Part shown: positions 1 through 12,326 of the stretch, in pieces | Layout: every line of letters begins with the position of its first letter | Position numbering within the stretch: the stretch's first letter is position 1 | Origin: Lingula anatina | Taxonomy: Eukaryota; Animalia; Brachiopoda | NCBI GenBank assembly: GCA_051362555.1 | Contig: CM120647.1 | Location: 5,084,001-5,148,000 of the forward strand | Reading direction: 5' to 3' | Length of the DNA: 64,000 nucleotides | Translations under genes and position numbers: made by a program | The notes under the pieces: model-generated | The model's input: the letters and a program-made list of their open reading frames with translations, nothing else | What the model was told of the DNA's origin: nothing | Databases searched by the model: none

Positions 1-329
1 CCTGTAAGCAGCACTCGAAAGTCAGGAAAAGTCTCTCACTATCCAACTCGTCCCCGCTTTGGACCCTCAAGAAAAGTTCATCTTTTTTTGGTGGAGAGCC
101 ATGGAGTTCCTCTTCCATGTAAAAAACTCTTCTTCAGGGCATCATACTGGCAGTTGCTCATAACCTTTAGGTCTAAAAAAGCAAATCAAAATAATAATAA
201 TAATAATTAATTAAGATTGCAACCCAGTGGGTTGAAGTTGTACATAGTGTTAAGAAAATTATAATGAAAATAAAGTGAATATTTGCTTGAATAAAACTGA
301 GTTAAAAGACTGCTAATTGAACTTTAAAA

Positions 330-850
330 TTATTGTACTTAGGATAAAAGACAACATAATACTATTGGAAATTTAAAAGTGCATACGGAATAAAAGAGCA
401 TCAGAATCTGTCGGTCTTAAATTGTGGCACTTTGTTACTATTGTTTGATCTTAAAAGACGATTGGATTGATCAATAAAGATGTGATTCAGTTTGTCAGAG
501 GATTCAGTTATTTTGTAAAAGAAAGTTTTGCACAGATCTCTTCGTTTATCTAAAGTACACATATGCCAGGTTCAGGGTTTCATCATAGTATAGGTCAGGG
601 AAAATAATCTTCAAAGCACGAGTTTGGTCAGTCTCTTAGAGTTTGCATTGCTCTATAGTTAGTCCTGGATGCCACACAGGGCAGGCATATTCTAGAATTG
701 AGTGCACAATACTTTGGTAAAGCTTAGCTCGTTTCAGTTGACGGAGGAAATAGAGTCTTGCATTATGTTTACATTATGTGTCGCCAATTTGGAAAAAAAA
801 TTGATAAAAGAGAAATCATGCACCTATATGCCTAATATATGAGGAGTGAA
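330..850 (-). mobile_element. Degenerate 3' fragment of a CR1/L2-group LINE reverse transcriptase
   Basis: The minus strand translates to ARLYFLRQLKRAKLYQSIVHSILEYACPVWHPGL...RALKIIFP, a typical C-terminal RT signature. It is interrupted by stops and frameshifts; boundaries are approximate. Confidence 0.65.
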
Positions 851-2176
851 TATCAGCTTATTAAAATTCTGCTTACTCTAAAGACATGTTTTAGTCCCAT
901 GTTGGATCATCAGGATCCTTTAATTCCCTCTTCTTCAGCATCTTCCTCCTCTTCCATCTGCACTTCTTCCAGTTCAGGCATACCATAGGAAAAAGTTACC
1001 TTGATACTGCAACCAAAAAAAAAAAAGCAACAGTACATAAAATAAGATAATCGAGTTTGAGAAAAATTATGTAAAAACATAACTGAAATAAGTATAAAAC
1101 TCAACTGAAATAAGTATAAATGCCATTTTTCTCAATATGATCACCTTAAATTATCTAGACTGTCATCTTCAACTGCACTAGTATTAACTACAACTTAATT
1201 TTGAAGTTTCTTGATCACTTCATATTGGTTTAATCTCCGAAATACTGGTTGGAAGTTCAAATTGTATGATCTAAATTATTACTCTGGACTATTTAATACA
1301 TTAGAGAGATGTACCAAACATAAACATGCAATATCCCCTTTCTGATTTATTTATTTTTAATGTAAAAAGGAGACAAATTGTCTTTAAAATATAAAATCAA
1401 AATACTACTATTTATTTTCACTTATAGTTGACATGCCATTTAACATTGGGTTAAACTTAGATACAATAACAGCTTCTGCACATTCATTTTGGGATTTAGA
1501 TGCCTAAAGAAATAGCATCTTTGTCATATGTCTTAATTACTGTGGTATGCCTAGATGTTAGAGGCACAAGAAATGTGCCCTCGGTAAGTCAAAAATTCGC
1601 CCTGGTCATTGTAATGTATATGTAATGAGACTAGTATCTCCCACCATGTCCGTTTTTATTTAAACTTTCTTTGCTCTATAAACTAACCCAAACCCTGTCA
1701 GAGTCGACATATGAGCAACACTTGCAATTTCTGTCATCGATACCACTCATATTAGTTACAATTTCATGGCATATTTTGACAGACGAGCCTGACAATCGTT
1801 AAGATATACAACGAACACACGTAAATAAACATAAATCTCTGTGCTTAATAAATATTTTCACTGGTGCCTTATCTCAAAGATTATTGTAAATGGTACTCAC
1901 AAATCCAGTAAATACTTCGCGGCCAGGCCATTCTTCGTATCCATGGCCACCCAAGCAGGTTTTCATCTGCCTTCTTCCTCGCCGGTGTTTATTGTTTGCC
2001 TGTCGTACATTTGCTGATACACTGTTTTACGCATGTTTTTTGTAAAGGCTGTTTCTTTTTTCTTTTTGTTATCTGTCTTCGCTTCTTCGAAGGACTCCCA
2101 GCATAACTGAGCCTCCTGTTTCACGTTGTCCTTTCCCGGCAGCTTGAACTGGTTTTAACTAGGTCGCAATACGAGA

Positions 2177-2196
2177 ATCTCGCGAGATCCGGAAGT
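2177..2196. promoter_or_regulatory. TCTCGCGAGA palindrome next to an ETS-type CCGGAAGT motif; putative promoter of the Kolobok-like gene
   Basis: ATCTCGCGAGAT at 2177-2188 and CCGGAAGT at 2189-2196 lie in a CpG-rich patch just upstream of the first minus-strand exon. Confidence 0.4.
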
Positions 2197-2582
2197 CTAG
2201 AGAGCTCAATTATGAAAATGGAGGTGGTTGTTGGTAAACCTCCGCTTAAGCGGAGGTTTTCTTTTTATTGTATTTTCCAAAAATGTTACAGAGCGATGGC
2301 GAGTGCCGGGAATGATAGATTAAAGGTTGGTAAATCGCGGAAAAGTAGTGTTAACCTCGGGATAAATCAGGATAAATCAATTTTGGCGCGAAAATCCTCT
2401 TTTGTGTCCTTTTAAGTGTTAAGAATTAATGGCTCCTGGACATATTCTGGGTACCCTGGACCACTTGTATGTACTTAAGACAATCTATGTAAATGGAAGG
2501 GCATTTTTTCTTCATCTTCACCGCAAAATTAATTTCGTTGATATGTCCTTGTTACAATCGGTGGATTTGTGTTCCTTGATGT

Positions 2583-3322
2583 AACACCCAAACCCAATAT
2601 AGAGGTGCATTTCACATGTTGAAGTATCCAAAAAAGTTGAATGAATTCAAAGTTGTTATCAATTTTAAGATAGTATAGAACAAAAATCCACATTTGTCTC
2701 AATTTAAATTCAATGGTAATGTTTGTTCCGGAAACATATGGTAATGTATGTTCCGGGTCATTTATTTATTTTTATAGCATTCTGCGATATATTTTCTATG
2801 ATTCAGTCATGGTTAATTAAACACGTGAAGTAAAAAGGCTTTTTTATATAAACATTTAAACTATCACTCAGGGGGCTTTGTGTCGTGGCTAATACTAGAT
2901 ATTGTAAGTTCCCCAGAAAAAAAATGTCAAAAAAGTTCATTTTGTTCAGTTACTTGGTGCAATAGAAAACATTGCTTTCTGTTGCTGATTGAAAAAAAAA
3001 TATTGTGATTCCATGATTGGTTGGCATTTCTGGTATTATAGTTGGATCATGAGGGGAAAATAGGTATTTCTTATTATACAGTCGGTAGAGTGCATCTTCC
3101 TTTTTTTTAACATTCAGTGACAATCAAACTAAAGTCTCTCAAAGGCAATTTACTGCTCTATATGGAATGTTATTATAAACTTTTACAACGTAATACTTGA
3201 GTGAGTTGAATCAAAGAACAAAACCAGTGATGATTGCATTTTAAAGTGAATAAAACGTTTCACAGCTGGACATTTGTCAGTTGTGACAGTAACGTGTGGT
3301 TCTTTTTGGGGATAGACGATGA

Positions 3323-3357
<35 letters not shown>

Positions 3358-3521
3358 CATTATTTGTTTTATTATTCATGATTCCAACAGAGTGATACTT
3401 TGATACAGATTTCTTCATGTGGGACCCTAAAATAATTAAACTTTGTTTGCAATCTGGGCATTAAATATTTTCAAGAGCATGCCTGTGACTTCAATTGCAC
3501 CTCTATGTTGAATTTGGGTAC
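2583..3521. mobile_element. Old non-autonomous TIR element; a partial second copy lies at about 49070-49370
   Basis: Imperfect TIRs ACCCAAACCCAATATAGAGGTGCA / TGCACCTCTATGTTGAATTTGGGT. The internal blocks GTATGTTCCGGGTC and CTTCATGTGGGACCCTAAAATAAT recur at 49071-49285. Confidence 0.5.
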
Positions 3522-5171
3522 TAAGCGCCATTATGTTTTTGCGCATCTAATCTGCAAGGTGCCAATTAGTCCATAAGCTGAGCCTTAACATATACTTCCT
3601 TAATCAAAACCGATCAAGAAATTTAACCCATGAAATTGGAAATGGTTTTAAACAGCTGCTTCCCATTCTGTTGATAAAGTTGACCACTTGACACTATTTT
3701 TTGAATAAAGAATATTCGGAGTAATAGACGCCAACATCAATTGTTGCCTTTTGGGAGGGGGGGGGTGTGAAGATTGATAATGTTTTCTGGTGTTGTTTTG
3801 GTGACAAAAGATAACATAGAAGGTCGTGCTTTTTTAATGAACTCCAAAATGGATATTGATAGAGTAATACTACTATTATTACTTATAATAATAATAAATA
3901 CATTATTTTATTAAAGTCTCATGTAAAAAAAATAAAATAAAATAAAACCCACCCTACCAAGGGTTATGAGAGCCTAGAACCTGTGATACTACATTTAAAA
4001 TTCATATATTTTTAAATTATAACTTATCAATTAAACACATAAAAAGGACATCATATATAAAACTTTTCAAACACTCTCTTTGTCATTAGCTTTGCCTTTT
4101 TTCCACAACATTGTGTGTACTTTTCTCGCTGTATAGAATTGTATTTGGTTGTTTCGCATAATAAATATAAGCATTTCAGCATTAAAAGCATTAAAATGTC
4201 CATCTTGAATTAGGAAAAACACACTCATTTACAAACCACTTCAACAATAACAAAGCCCCGGATGAAACACGTGTAGGTTGAAAAAGGAGCTGGTATTATA
4301 CAAACTCAGATACTTTCTTTGGATGTTTTATATGTTTTGACAACGGTTGTTTTAAGGATGTATGTCCAGGAAAGTTCCTATCTACATCACGGTATTTACA
4401 TGGCACTGTATATAGATAACTTTAGCTATCATGTTTTTTATTATTTTTATTTTTATGTATTTTATTATATTCTTTTACAATACCCGTTCAAATTTGAAAA
4501 TAAGTCACCATTGGTCGATTTTTTATTATTTATTTTGAAGAACGAATCTAACTGTAAATCCAGATTTATGAATTACTACCACTGTTCTATTTTGTGTTGC
4601 AGAATTGATTTCATCTACGATGTGGTCACTGCAATTCTACGTCATCACACTGTTTCTGTTCGACAGTCCAGTAACCGGTATGTATACCCATGATTCATGG
4701 CAAACAAAGGAAAATAACTTTGATATACCGAAGGTTATCTATGCCTCCTCCGTGACAATTTACCAAAAGTGTTTACTTCACCAACCACAAAAATTAATTT
4801 AAAAAATATGTTGAGGAATTATTGTTTGAGAATTGGCCAATTAATCCTGCTTTTTACACCACCAGTGAATAACATAGGGAAATCATTTGCATAGGTCTAC
4901 TTTTATTTACGTATTATATATATATATATATAAGTCTAGTTCCAGACTTATGCAGACACTACCCGTAAAAGCAGTGTTAGGTAGACCATCGTGTATACAT
5001 TTCTAATTGAAAAAATAACTTTATTTTAACATTTAATGAATATTATGTACATGCTATGATTATAGAGGCACAGAAATAAACAACAAAAAATATAAAAAAA
5101 AAAAAATTGGTCTGCCTAAGTTTCTGTAAGGATAGAACCAGCATTAGGCAGGCAAGCATTAGGCAGACCAG

Positions 5172-5240
<69 letters not shown>

Positions 5241-5344
5241 CAGCAGTAAGTAGACCACATGTACTTGTATAAATATATCAAAGTCCAGCATTAGGCAGAC
5301 TATATTAAAGTATACATTTGTTTGCTATTAATTATTGTATAATG

Positions 5345-6122
5345 TACCCTAGGTTCTGATTCCGGTATTGCCAGCTCGATCTTGATTTCCTATATAGCCC
5401 ATGTCGCAATACCAGGTTCTAGTGCACAGCGGCCATGTTAGGCTCCCGTCAATCAAATAGAATGGCTCCGCAGTGAATCTGCAGTTGAATGTCATCAGAC
5501 CAAAATGAAACGTAAAACAGATTTAATTCTGCTTTAATTAATTTTATTTGCTGTATTTAAGATATATAAAGTGAGAAATAAATAATATGTTTCTAAAAGA
5601 AAAAAGGTATATCCAATGTTTTTGTATTTTTTGCTTATCAAAGAACATTTAGTCCTGAGATAATAGACACGTGCTTGCCGTGTGCCAAGTTTGACAGCTA
5701 CACTGGATGCCCGATACCACTATAAGGGCTGCGCAATGGCTACACCAAAATCAATTTTATAGCAGAATGTTGCTTTTATTGTGGCACTGACCTTCGGCTG
5801 CAAGATAATTTCAATTCAAACTTCTAAATCCGCGTCAGACACTATGATTCTTGTCTCGTCTGCACGAGATTATGTCAACGCAAGGCGGGAAAAGCAGCTC
5901 CAGGCGGCCAAACCTGTGACGTACGAGACTTATGACTTCCAAATATGGATCCAGGCGGACACAGCTGTGACGTGTGACTTCCAAATATGCAAGCGCCCCA
6001 GGCAAATTTTTGAAGAAGTACGCCCTCAGATTGTCGCTGTTCGTCAGAGCTAGTGAAAGTGACTCCAAGGTATATTAGATATTAAACAAACTAACTTTCA
6101 CGTTGCTCTGACACTCAGGGCA
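5345..6122. mobile_element. 778-bp non-autonomous insertion with a 9(-10)-bp TSD
   Basis: TGTATAATG is duplicated at 5336-5344 and 6123-6131. The site is empty in copy B (about 23737). The ends TACCCTAGG / CTCAGGGCA form weak TIRs. Confidence 0.8.
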
Positions 6123-8998
6123 TGTATAATGTTGCCACTCACAGCAACCAACAGTTTAGCAGAGTAATTATTCTTGTTCATGCAATCTTGCTATTATGTG
6201 CGATTTGGGAGACAATATGTTGTATACATTTGTGCTTTTATAATTAATGGGATTGTTTTAAAGAGCAATGTCTTCACAGCCAAAAAGCCAGGATAATTTT
6301 AGCAAATCAACATTAAGTTTTGAGCACAAACCACAATTTATTTGGCATACATGTAACTAAACAGCAATAAGCAGACCATTTAGACTATATATATATATAT
6401 ATATATATATAAAACCAGCATTAGGCAGACTTTATATCAAACTACATTTTTACTTACTTTTACACTATGTTGCAACACAGAGTGCTTACCACTCAGAACA
6501 ATCAACACTTTAAATTGGCATATTTTAATTATTCATGTTATCTATTTTTGTCATTTGTGGGACAGTATGTTGTATATTTTTACTTTTACAATTTATGAGT
6601 ATAATTTATGAGTGCTGTAACATACCATTCCTTTTCAACCAAAGAGCAAGGATAATTTCAGCAAAATAAAATTTTGACCTAATCCCACACTTTATTTTAA
6701 TGTCACCCGTTATTGGATTTGTTTGTGTGACATGAAAAACAACTAACATAAACAATATGTAAGGTCTTAACATATTTATTGAGGTCAAATCATTGAACAG
6801 TCTGGATGAATAACATGCACCAATCTACATAAGCATAGAACAAAAAAAAAAAAACAGACAATGGACACAATTTAGGTGTTACTTGTCTGCCACCAAGCAC
6901 ATTACATCATTGAACAATCTTCAAGAAATGGAACTTCACTGTTACTTCAACAGTTAAATGTGTGAAATATTACTTCCAATATTTTGGAGAGCAATCTTTG
7001 TAAAAAACTTAGTCAACTGTAAAACGAACTTAAAATGGAACACACTGTTTCTCCAAGCAACAGTTAGGTATGTGAAATATTATCTTCAATCTTTTGGAGA
7101 ACAATCTTTGAGAAGAATTTCATCAACTGAAATATTAGAGGTAATATTTATATACTTTGCTGTTGTTTGAAGAAACATTGGTGTTCCATTTCAAGAACAG
7201 TCATCCTCCAACAGTTGCATTATATTCTTTGAAGTTTTTTTATTAACATTTTCCCTCATTGTTTTTCTCTCATTGAATAGCTTTATCCTGGTCTTTTTGT
7301 AGGCCTCTTGTAACTCCAAACTCTTGAGGCAGTGTGGATGTGGCCCTCAAGAAATGTCATTATTTCTTTTTTACCTTCAAAGTAAATAAAAAATATATTA
7401 ATATCATTAGCAAAGCCTCCATGAATCACAAAATTCAGTTTTGTTAGGCTGAATGATGTCATTGGTTGACCTCCTTACGTCCCCGTTACAGTTTTGGAAA
7501 ATAAGATGTTAGAAAAGTTATGTGCAATTTACTATTTTTAGTTTGTGGGCCTGGATTTTAAAAGTAAGTTATTTCCACTTAGATACAGATATTCATTTTC
7601 CTTAAGTACACAATGTTTTTTGTCCATCTGATATTGTTTACACGACTTCTGCCAAAAGCAATACAAATTTTCACAAAAATTGCATTTTCGTGGCAACATA
7701 GTTTTAATTTTCTCCTCCAGTTTAAAGAAAAAAAAAAAAAAAGAGTCATCTTTTCAATAATTATTAAAAAATGCCATTGGATATTTGTACATGAAACTCT
7801 ACAGATATACAGTTTGGACAAAAATTTGATGATGCCTGTAGTTCTAAATGTACACAACTACAGCGTAACAATGTAATGTACTAATTGGCTATTCAATAAA
7901 ATTGCACGTATGATTTCAAACGAAAAAAGTTGGCTGCACTCTGTTACAAGTTCACCTTGAACCATATTATATCTCAGAGGTACTATGCATGAAAATGACA
8001 ATATCGAGTCAATAAAATATGCTTACTTGGAAGCCTTCCTTTGTTATCCTCAGCCTCTAGGTGAGTACTTAAATATGGCGAAAAATGGTCTCTCAACATA
8101 TTTGTGTCTTCAGCAGACCAGGCCACTGAAAGAATAAAAGCACATACATCTATAACATATTTGAATCCTCTATTTCAAAGTGATAGATACAATTTCCTTC
8201 TCCGATGACATTAGTTTTGCCTATAGGACTTTAGAATCTTATAAAAAGAAATAGCAGTTCTGAATTTATATAGCTTACATTTCATTTTATCAAATAAAAG
8301 ATAGCAACTTTTCTTATATGTTATTACCTGATACAGATGTCTTGTCCTCTACAATCAATGTAACAGGATTATATGTCAGATTTGATTCTGAAAAGAAAAT
8401 ATATGTACACACCTTTTATTGATTGAAGCTCTATGCAATGCAAATAAACCATATAATAACATTTATTTTATTGGGAGGTGGACCATGCACATGCTGTTAT
8501 GTCCTAAATATTATACTTTATTTTTTGATTTTATATAAACAATTTCTGCAAAACAATGTTAAAAACATAAAAGGGAATATATACTTTATTCAATTGATCA
8601 TTTTCCCAAATTCAGCGTAGTTGTAAAACTGTCACTGTGTTTTAACCACTTAAAAATGTTTTGCAAATAATATGATTATTTGGTAAAGGTATGCATGTTA
8701 TTACCTGACTGAAGTTCTTCATTTTTACCAATCTCTTTAGTTTCAGTTGCACTTGCCTCAACTGTTTGTATAGTAGTTAAATCCGTTTCTGGTTCTGGTA
8801 CTGAAAACAAAAACAAATCAATGTTTACTCATTTTAGTGACTGCATCTTGTCTTTTACAGATCATGGATATCTAATGCATAGAAATATCTGTTTGGATTA
8901 AATGATATGTTTTCATATACAAAAAAATAGTTAAAATAGTCATGAAGAAATTAAGCATATTTTAAGTAAACATGTAATTATGAAATGAACACAATTAC

Positions 8999-10560
8999 CA
9001 TTTTCAAGATCTCCCAACATGCGGCCCATTACTTTGACCTCCCTGAGTCCAATTGGACATTGGTAATTATCTCTGTTGATGTTTTTTTCATGACCCATAT
9101 AATCTAAAAAGACCTGCTGATCTGTTGGGCTCATGTCCAGACTTGCATATACAGTTGACAAATAATGTCTGTTCTTTGTGGCATTGACTGTGACACCTTC
9201 TGCAGAGCAAATATCATTAAATGCGTGCCAACCAGAAGCATGTGCATTTGGGGACTTGGTTGCAAATAAGTAGGGATTTTCTTCAGGAACCCCAAACTCC
9301 TTTCTGTGTTTAACCAAATGATTACCACGTCCTTAGGCACTAGGACAGGGACAAACTTCTTTCCCTTCCCATTTAAGTAAGCTAGAAGGTGTTTTCCAAA
9401 GAGAAATTGTTCTGCAGGATCTCTTTTTTCCACCTCTGTATCTGGTAGCCACACCCCTTTCTGGGCGTCTTCCCACTGAGATATTGTCAACCTGGATGGC
9501 TCCTCTCCTCTGCGCCCATTGAATAAGGTTAATCAGCAGACAACTAAAGATCGCAACCAAGCATATCTGCCTAATTCAAAGTTGTCTGGCTCAGCAATTT
9601 CTTTTGTTATAAAGTTCTTCAATTTGGTAATGTCTTCAGGCACAACTTGCTTTTCAGGATGCCTTGCTTTGGTAAATGAGTTAGACAATGCCTTGTATCG
9701 AGAGCTAGAATACATTTCGTGAGACCTAAATAAATAAGCCTGCTGAAATTTGCCAAGTTCTTCATACTTCAAGTCTTGCATTATTTCTGTGTAAAGTCCT
9801 TTTAAAAATTTTATGCATCTTTGTAGAATTGCATGGCCGTTTAGTTTCAATCCATGTTTTTCATCACCGTTATCCATGCTAACCAATTTTTTATGGCCTC
9901 CCTCAGTGTTGTTAAGTGCTTTCTTGTGAACATGTCTTCAGTGGTTACATTCTCCTCACACAAATCTCTGAATATGAGGAAGACCCTTGCTAGCTCACGC
10001 ATTTCCCCCATGACAGACTTTCTTGTTTCGTTTCTTTTGCATCTTGTCCTCGCGACGCATTGAATAATGGCGATATCCAACTTGCATAATCAAGTCATCT
10101 GTGGTGCACAACTGTCCAACCTCACTGTCTCTGAATTTCCGCAATATATTCATACAGAAATCTTTGTCTTTATGAACATCAATGGTTTTTAAGTGTGTAG
10201 CCTTAAGAGGTTCAGGATAAGTCCCAGTACAACCTGCACGGTGTTTGTAGTAAGATCTATTGCTAAAAAACCTTCTACAACCTGAACACATAGTAACTTC
10301 ATCTGGTCTTGTAGCAATGCGTTCTCTCATCATCACATTTGAATCAAGTTCAGCACCTGTAGATTTTGCTATGATGTTCAAATTGTATTTATACATCCCA
10401 TCACACCTCTTCTGGTTGAAAAACTTATCCTGAAGATGTACAGGAAGTTTAATGGCTTCTTTGACTTCAACTATATCCCGCTGTTTTCTTCGAATATGGC
10501 GTTTTAATTTGCCACCATTAATCAGTATGTCACAGTAAGGGCAATACCTTACAGGTCTCT
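8999..10560 (-). pseudogene. Large exon encoding zinc-finger motifs plus a tyrosine recombinase domain (frameshifted)
   Basis: Joining frames gives YCPYC...KLKRHI and MCSGC...YKHRAGC, then LTLFNGRRGEEPSR (catalytic R), GKGKKFVPVL, NPYLFA, ATKNRH, YMGH and NRDNY (catalytic Y). The exon is flanked by an AG acceptor and a GT donor and has several frameshifts and stops. Confidence 0.8.
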
Positions 10561-10709
10561 ACTGAAATTTAAAAAAAAAATGTATCTATCACAATTTAAC
10601 ATCGAAACATTAAAAAAAAAAATCAATCTTGATTACATACACATACCTCAAAAAGAAGGTGAAAATACTCAAGACAACAAAGTTTGGCAGTAATACATAT
10701 AGCTTTCAA

Positions 10710-11800
10710 CATACCTTACTGGAGACCCCAACGCCAGAATTGGAAGTTAACTGCTCTGTTTCTTCTTCAACTGTATGCTTCTCTGGCGGTGTATTTTCTT
10801 GAATTTCACTCCCTTAAAAAAGAGATGGGGTATAAGACACCCGTATAAGCAGTATATATCTAAGACATAATTATGGCAAGTATATGACACTTAAATTTAC
10901 ATTTTGTTGACATTTGGTTATTTCCACATGCATACACGTACTACAGGTAAGCACAGAGAGAAAACATATAACATTTGACATTTGAATAAGTAATTTATCC
11001 TTGCTAAGGTTGTCAATTTAATGGAAAATATAAACAGGAAGGGGAGAAAAGAGTGATACCTGGTGTCTCCAAACCATTTATGTTTTCACTCTCCATTTCT
11101 TCCAAAGCCTGGATGGGAACCTCATGCTATAACAAAAAGATGGAAAGTGGATATTTTAGCCAGGTCTCGACATGTTTTCAACGTGTTTCATGCAGCCATA
11201 CCCTTTTTTTATCATGTCTTCATTGAGGAACTGTCAATCCAGATGGCTCAAGATTAATCTGCTGACAACTAATGATCACAAACAAACTTAGTCAAAGAAA
11301 AAATGCTAACAGTATATAAACATTATTGTATATACAGAATATATAAATACTAATATTAACATTATGAATTCAAACACCTTTGGAAAAAAATAAAAATTAA
11401 TAAATGAAAAAATTAACATACCTTTCTGGAGACTCCACAACAATGACTAGAAGTTATTTGCTCTACTTCTTCAACAACAGGCTCTTTTGGCCGAGTTCTT
11501 TCTTGTAAGTCATTCCTTTAAAGGGGGAGGGGTTATTGAACATTTTGAACATATTGAGTATTTATGGCACAAGGCAAATCAGGCCACATTATGAGGATCA
11601 TCACTTAAATACCTTGCATAGAAGTAGAAAGATAATACTTCACGTTTGATATTTGAATTAGTTACTTATCCCATGGTTGTGAATTAACTGCAGAATTTAA
11701 AGAGTAAGGGAATTAAAAAGATGTACCTGGTTTCTTGACACCATACATTTCCAATCACAGTTTCTTCCAAAGCCTGGAGCTTGTGCTATAACAGATAAAG
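10710..11800 (-). repeat. Diverged tandem duplication of an exon-plus-intron unit (about 700 bp period) in the linker region of the YR gene
   Basis: There are similar small exons at about 10714-10813 and 11421-11516. The intron words TTTCTTCCAAAGCCTGGA (about 11096 and 11761) and ATTTGAAT(A/T)AGT(AAT/TAC)TTATCC (about 10980 and 11651) are shared. Confidence 0.5.
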
Positions 11801-12253
11801 TAACAGAGTTCCAGTATCTATGCAAGTTACTTCAAAGAGGGTTATCAAACAGTAGACTCAACAAATCATTCTTGACTAAGTGATAAATTTTCACCAGCAT
11901 GTATGACTATTTGTTTTTTTTTTTTTTTTTTTTTTTTTGAGGAGGAAGGGGAATGGAATTATATCTGTACCGGTATGTACATACATCTTGCCATCTAAAA
12001 GCAAATATTTCCACTTATAACAAATACCTTATTGCCAAATCTAATAACATCTTCTGGTGAAAGCTCTGCAGAATCTTGAAGGTCACTCTCTGTAAAAGTA
12101 GCCAAAGACTGAACCTCACACACAATTGCAGGCACATAGGACTCTTTTCCTCAGATACAAGAATAAATATGTATATTTCAGTTTAGATTAGTGAGTTACA
12201 AAGCATTTATATTAATAATGTTGTGAAATGTAGAAGTTAATTATAAGATATGC

Positions 12254-12322
<69 letters not shown>

Positions 12323-12326
<4 letters not shown>

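Larger units (their letters stand above)
1..2411 (-). mobile_element. 5' part of a degenerate Kolobok-like DNA transposon (continues left of the window)
   Basis: The minus-strand end reads TTAA|AAGGACAC at 2415-2404 (TTAA target plus RR start). There are three spliced, disrupted exons: about 1901-2105 (RQTINTGEEEGR*...LAAKYLLD then GTGAG), about 877-1006 (acidic, EEEEDAEEE...DDPTWD) and about 1-171 (SERLFLTFECCLQ). These motifs resemble the N-terminal region of Kolobok-type transposase genes. The other end is not in the window. Confidence 0.45.

Noticed and set aside
5043-5291. ORFs with YIYIYI runs (also 23429-23692, 44151-44408 and the tail of 51223-51645)
   Set aside because: They are translations of (TA)n microsatellites, not proteins.
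6606-7876. Short ORFs repeated three times in the window (MTSINML..., MCEILLP..., MCTFRTT...)
   Set aside because: They recur because the DNA element is present in three copies. They have no recognisable domains, and their frames break differently between copies.
8940-9490. Prophage or bacterial integrase / contamination
   Set aside because: The YR domain lies in a spliceosomal-intron gene among eukaryotic TEs and microsatellites, with no phage or bacterial genes nearby.
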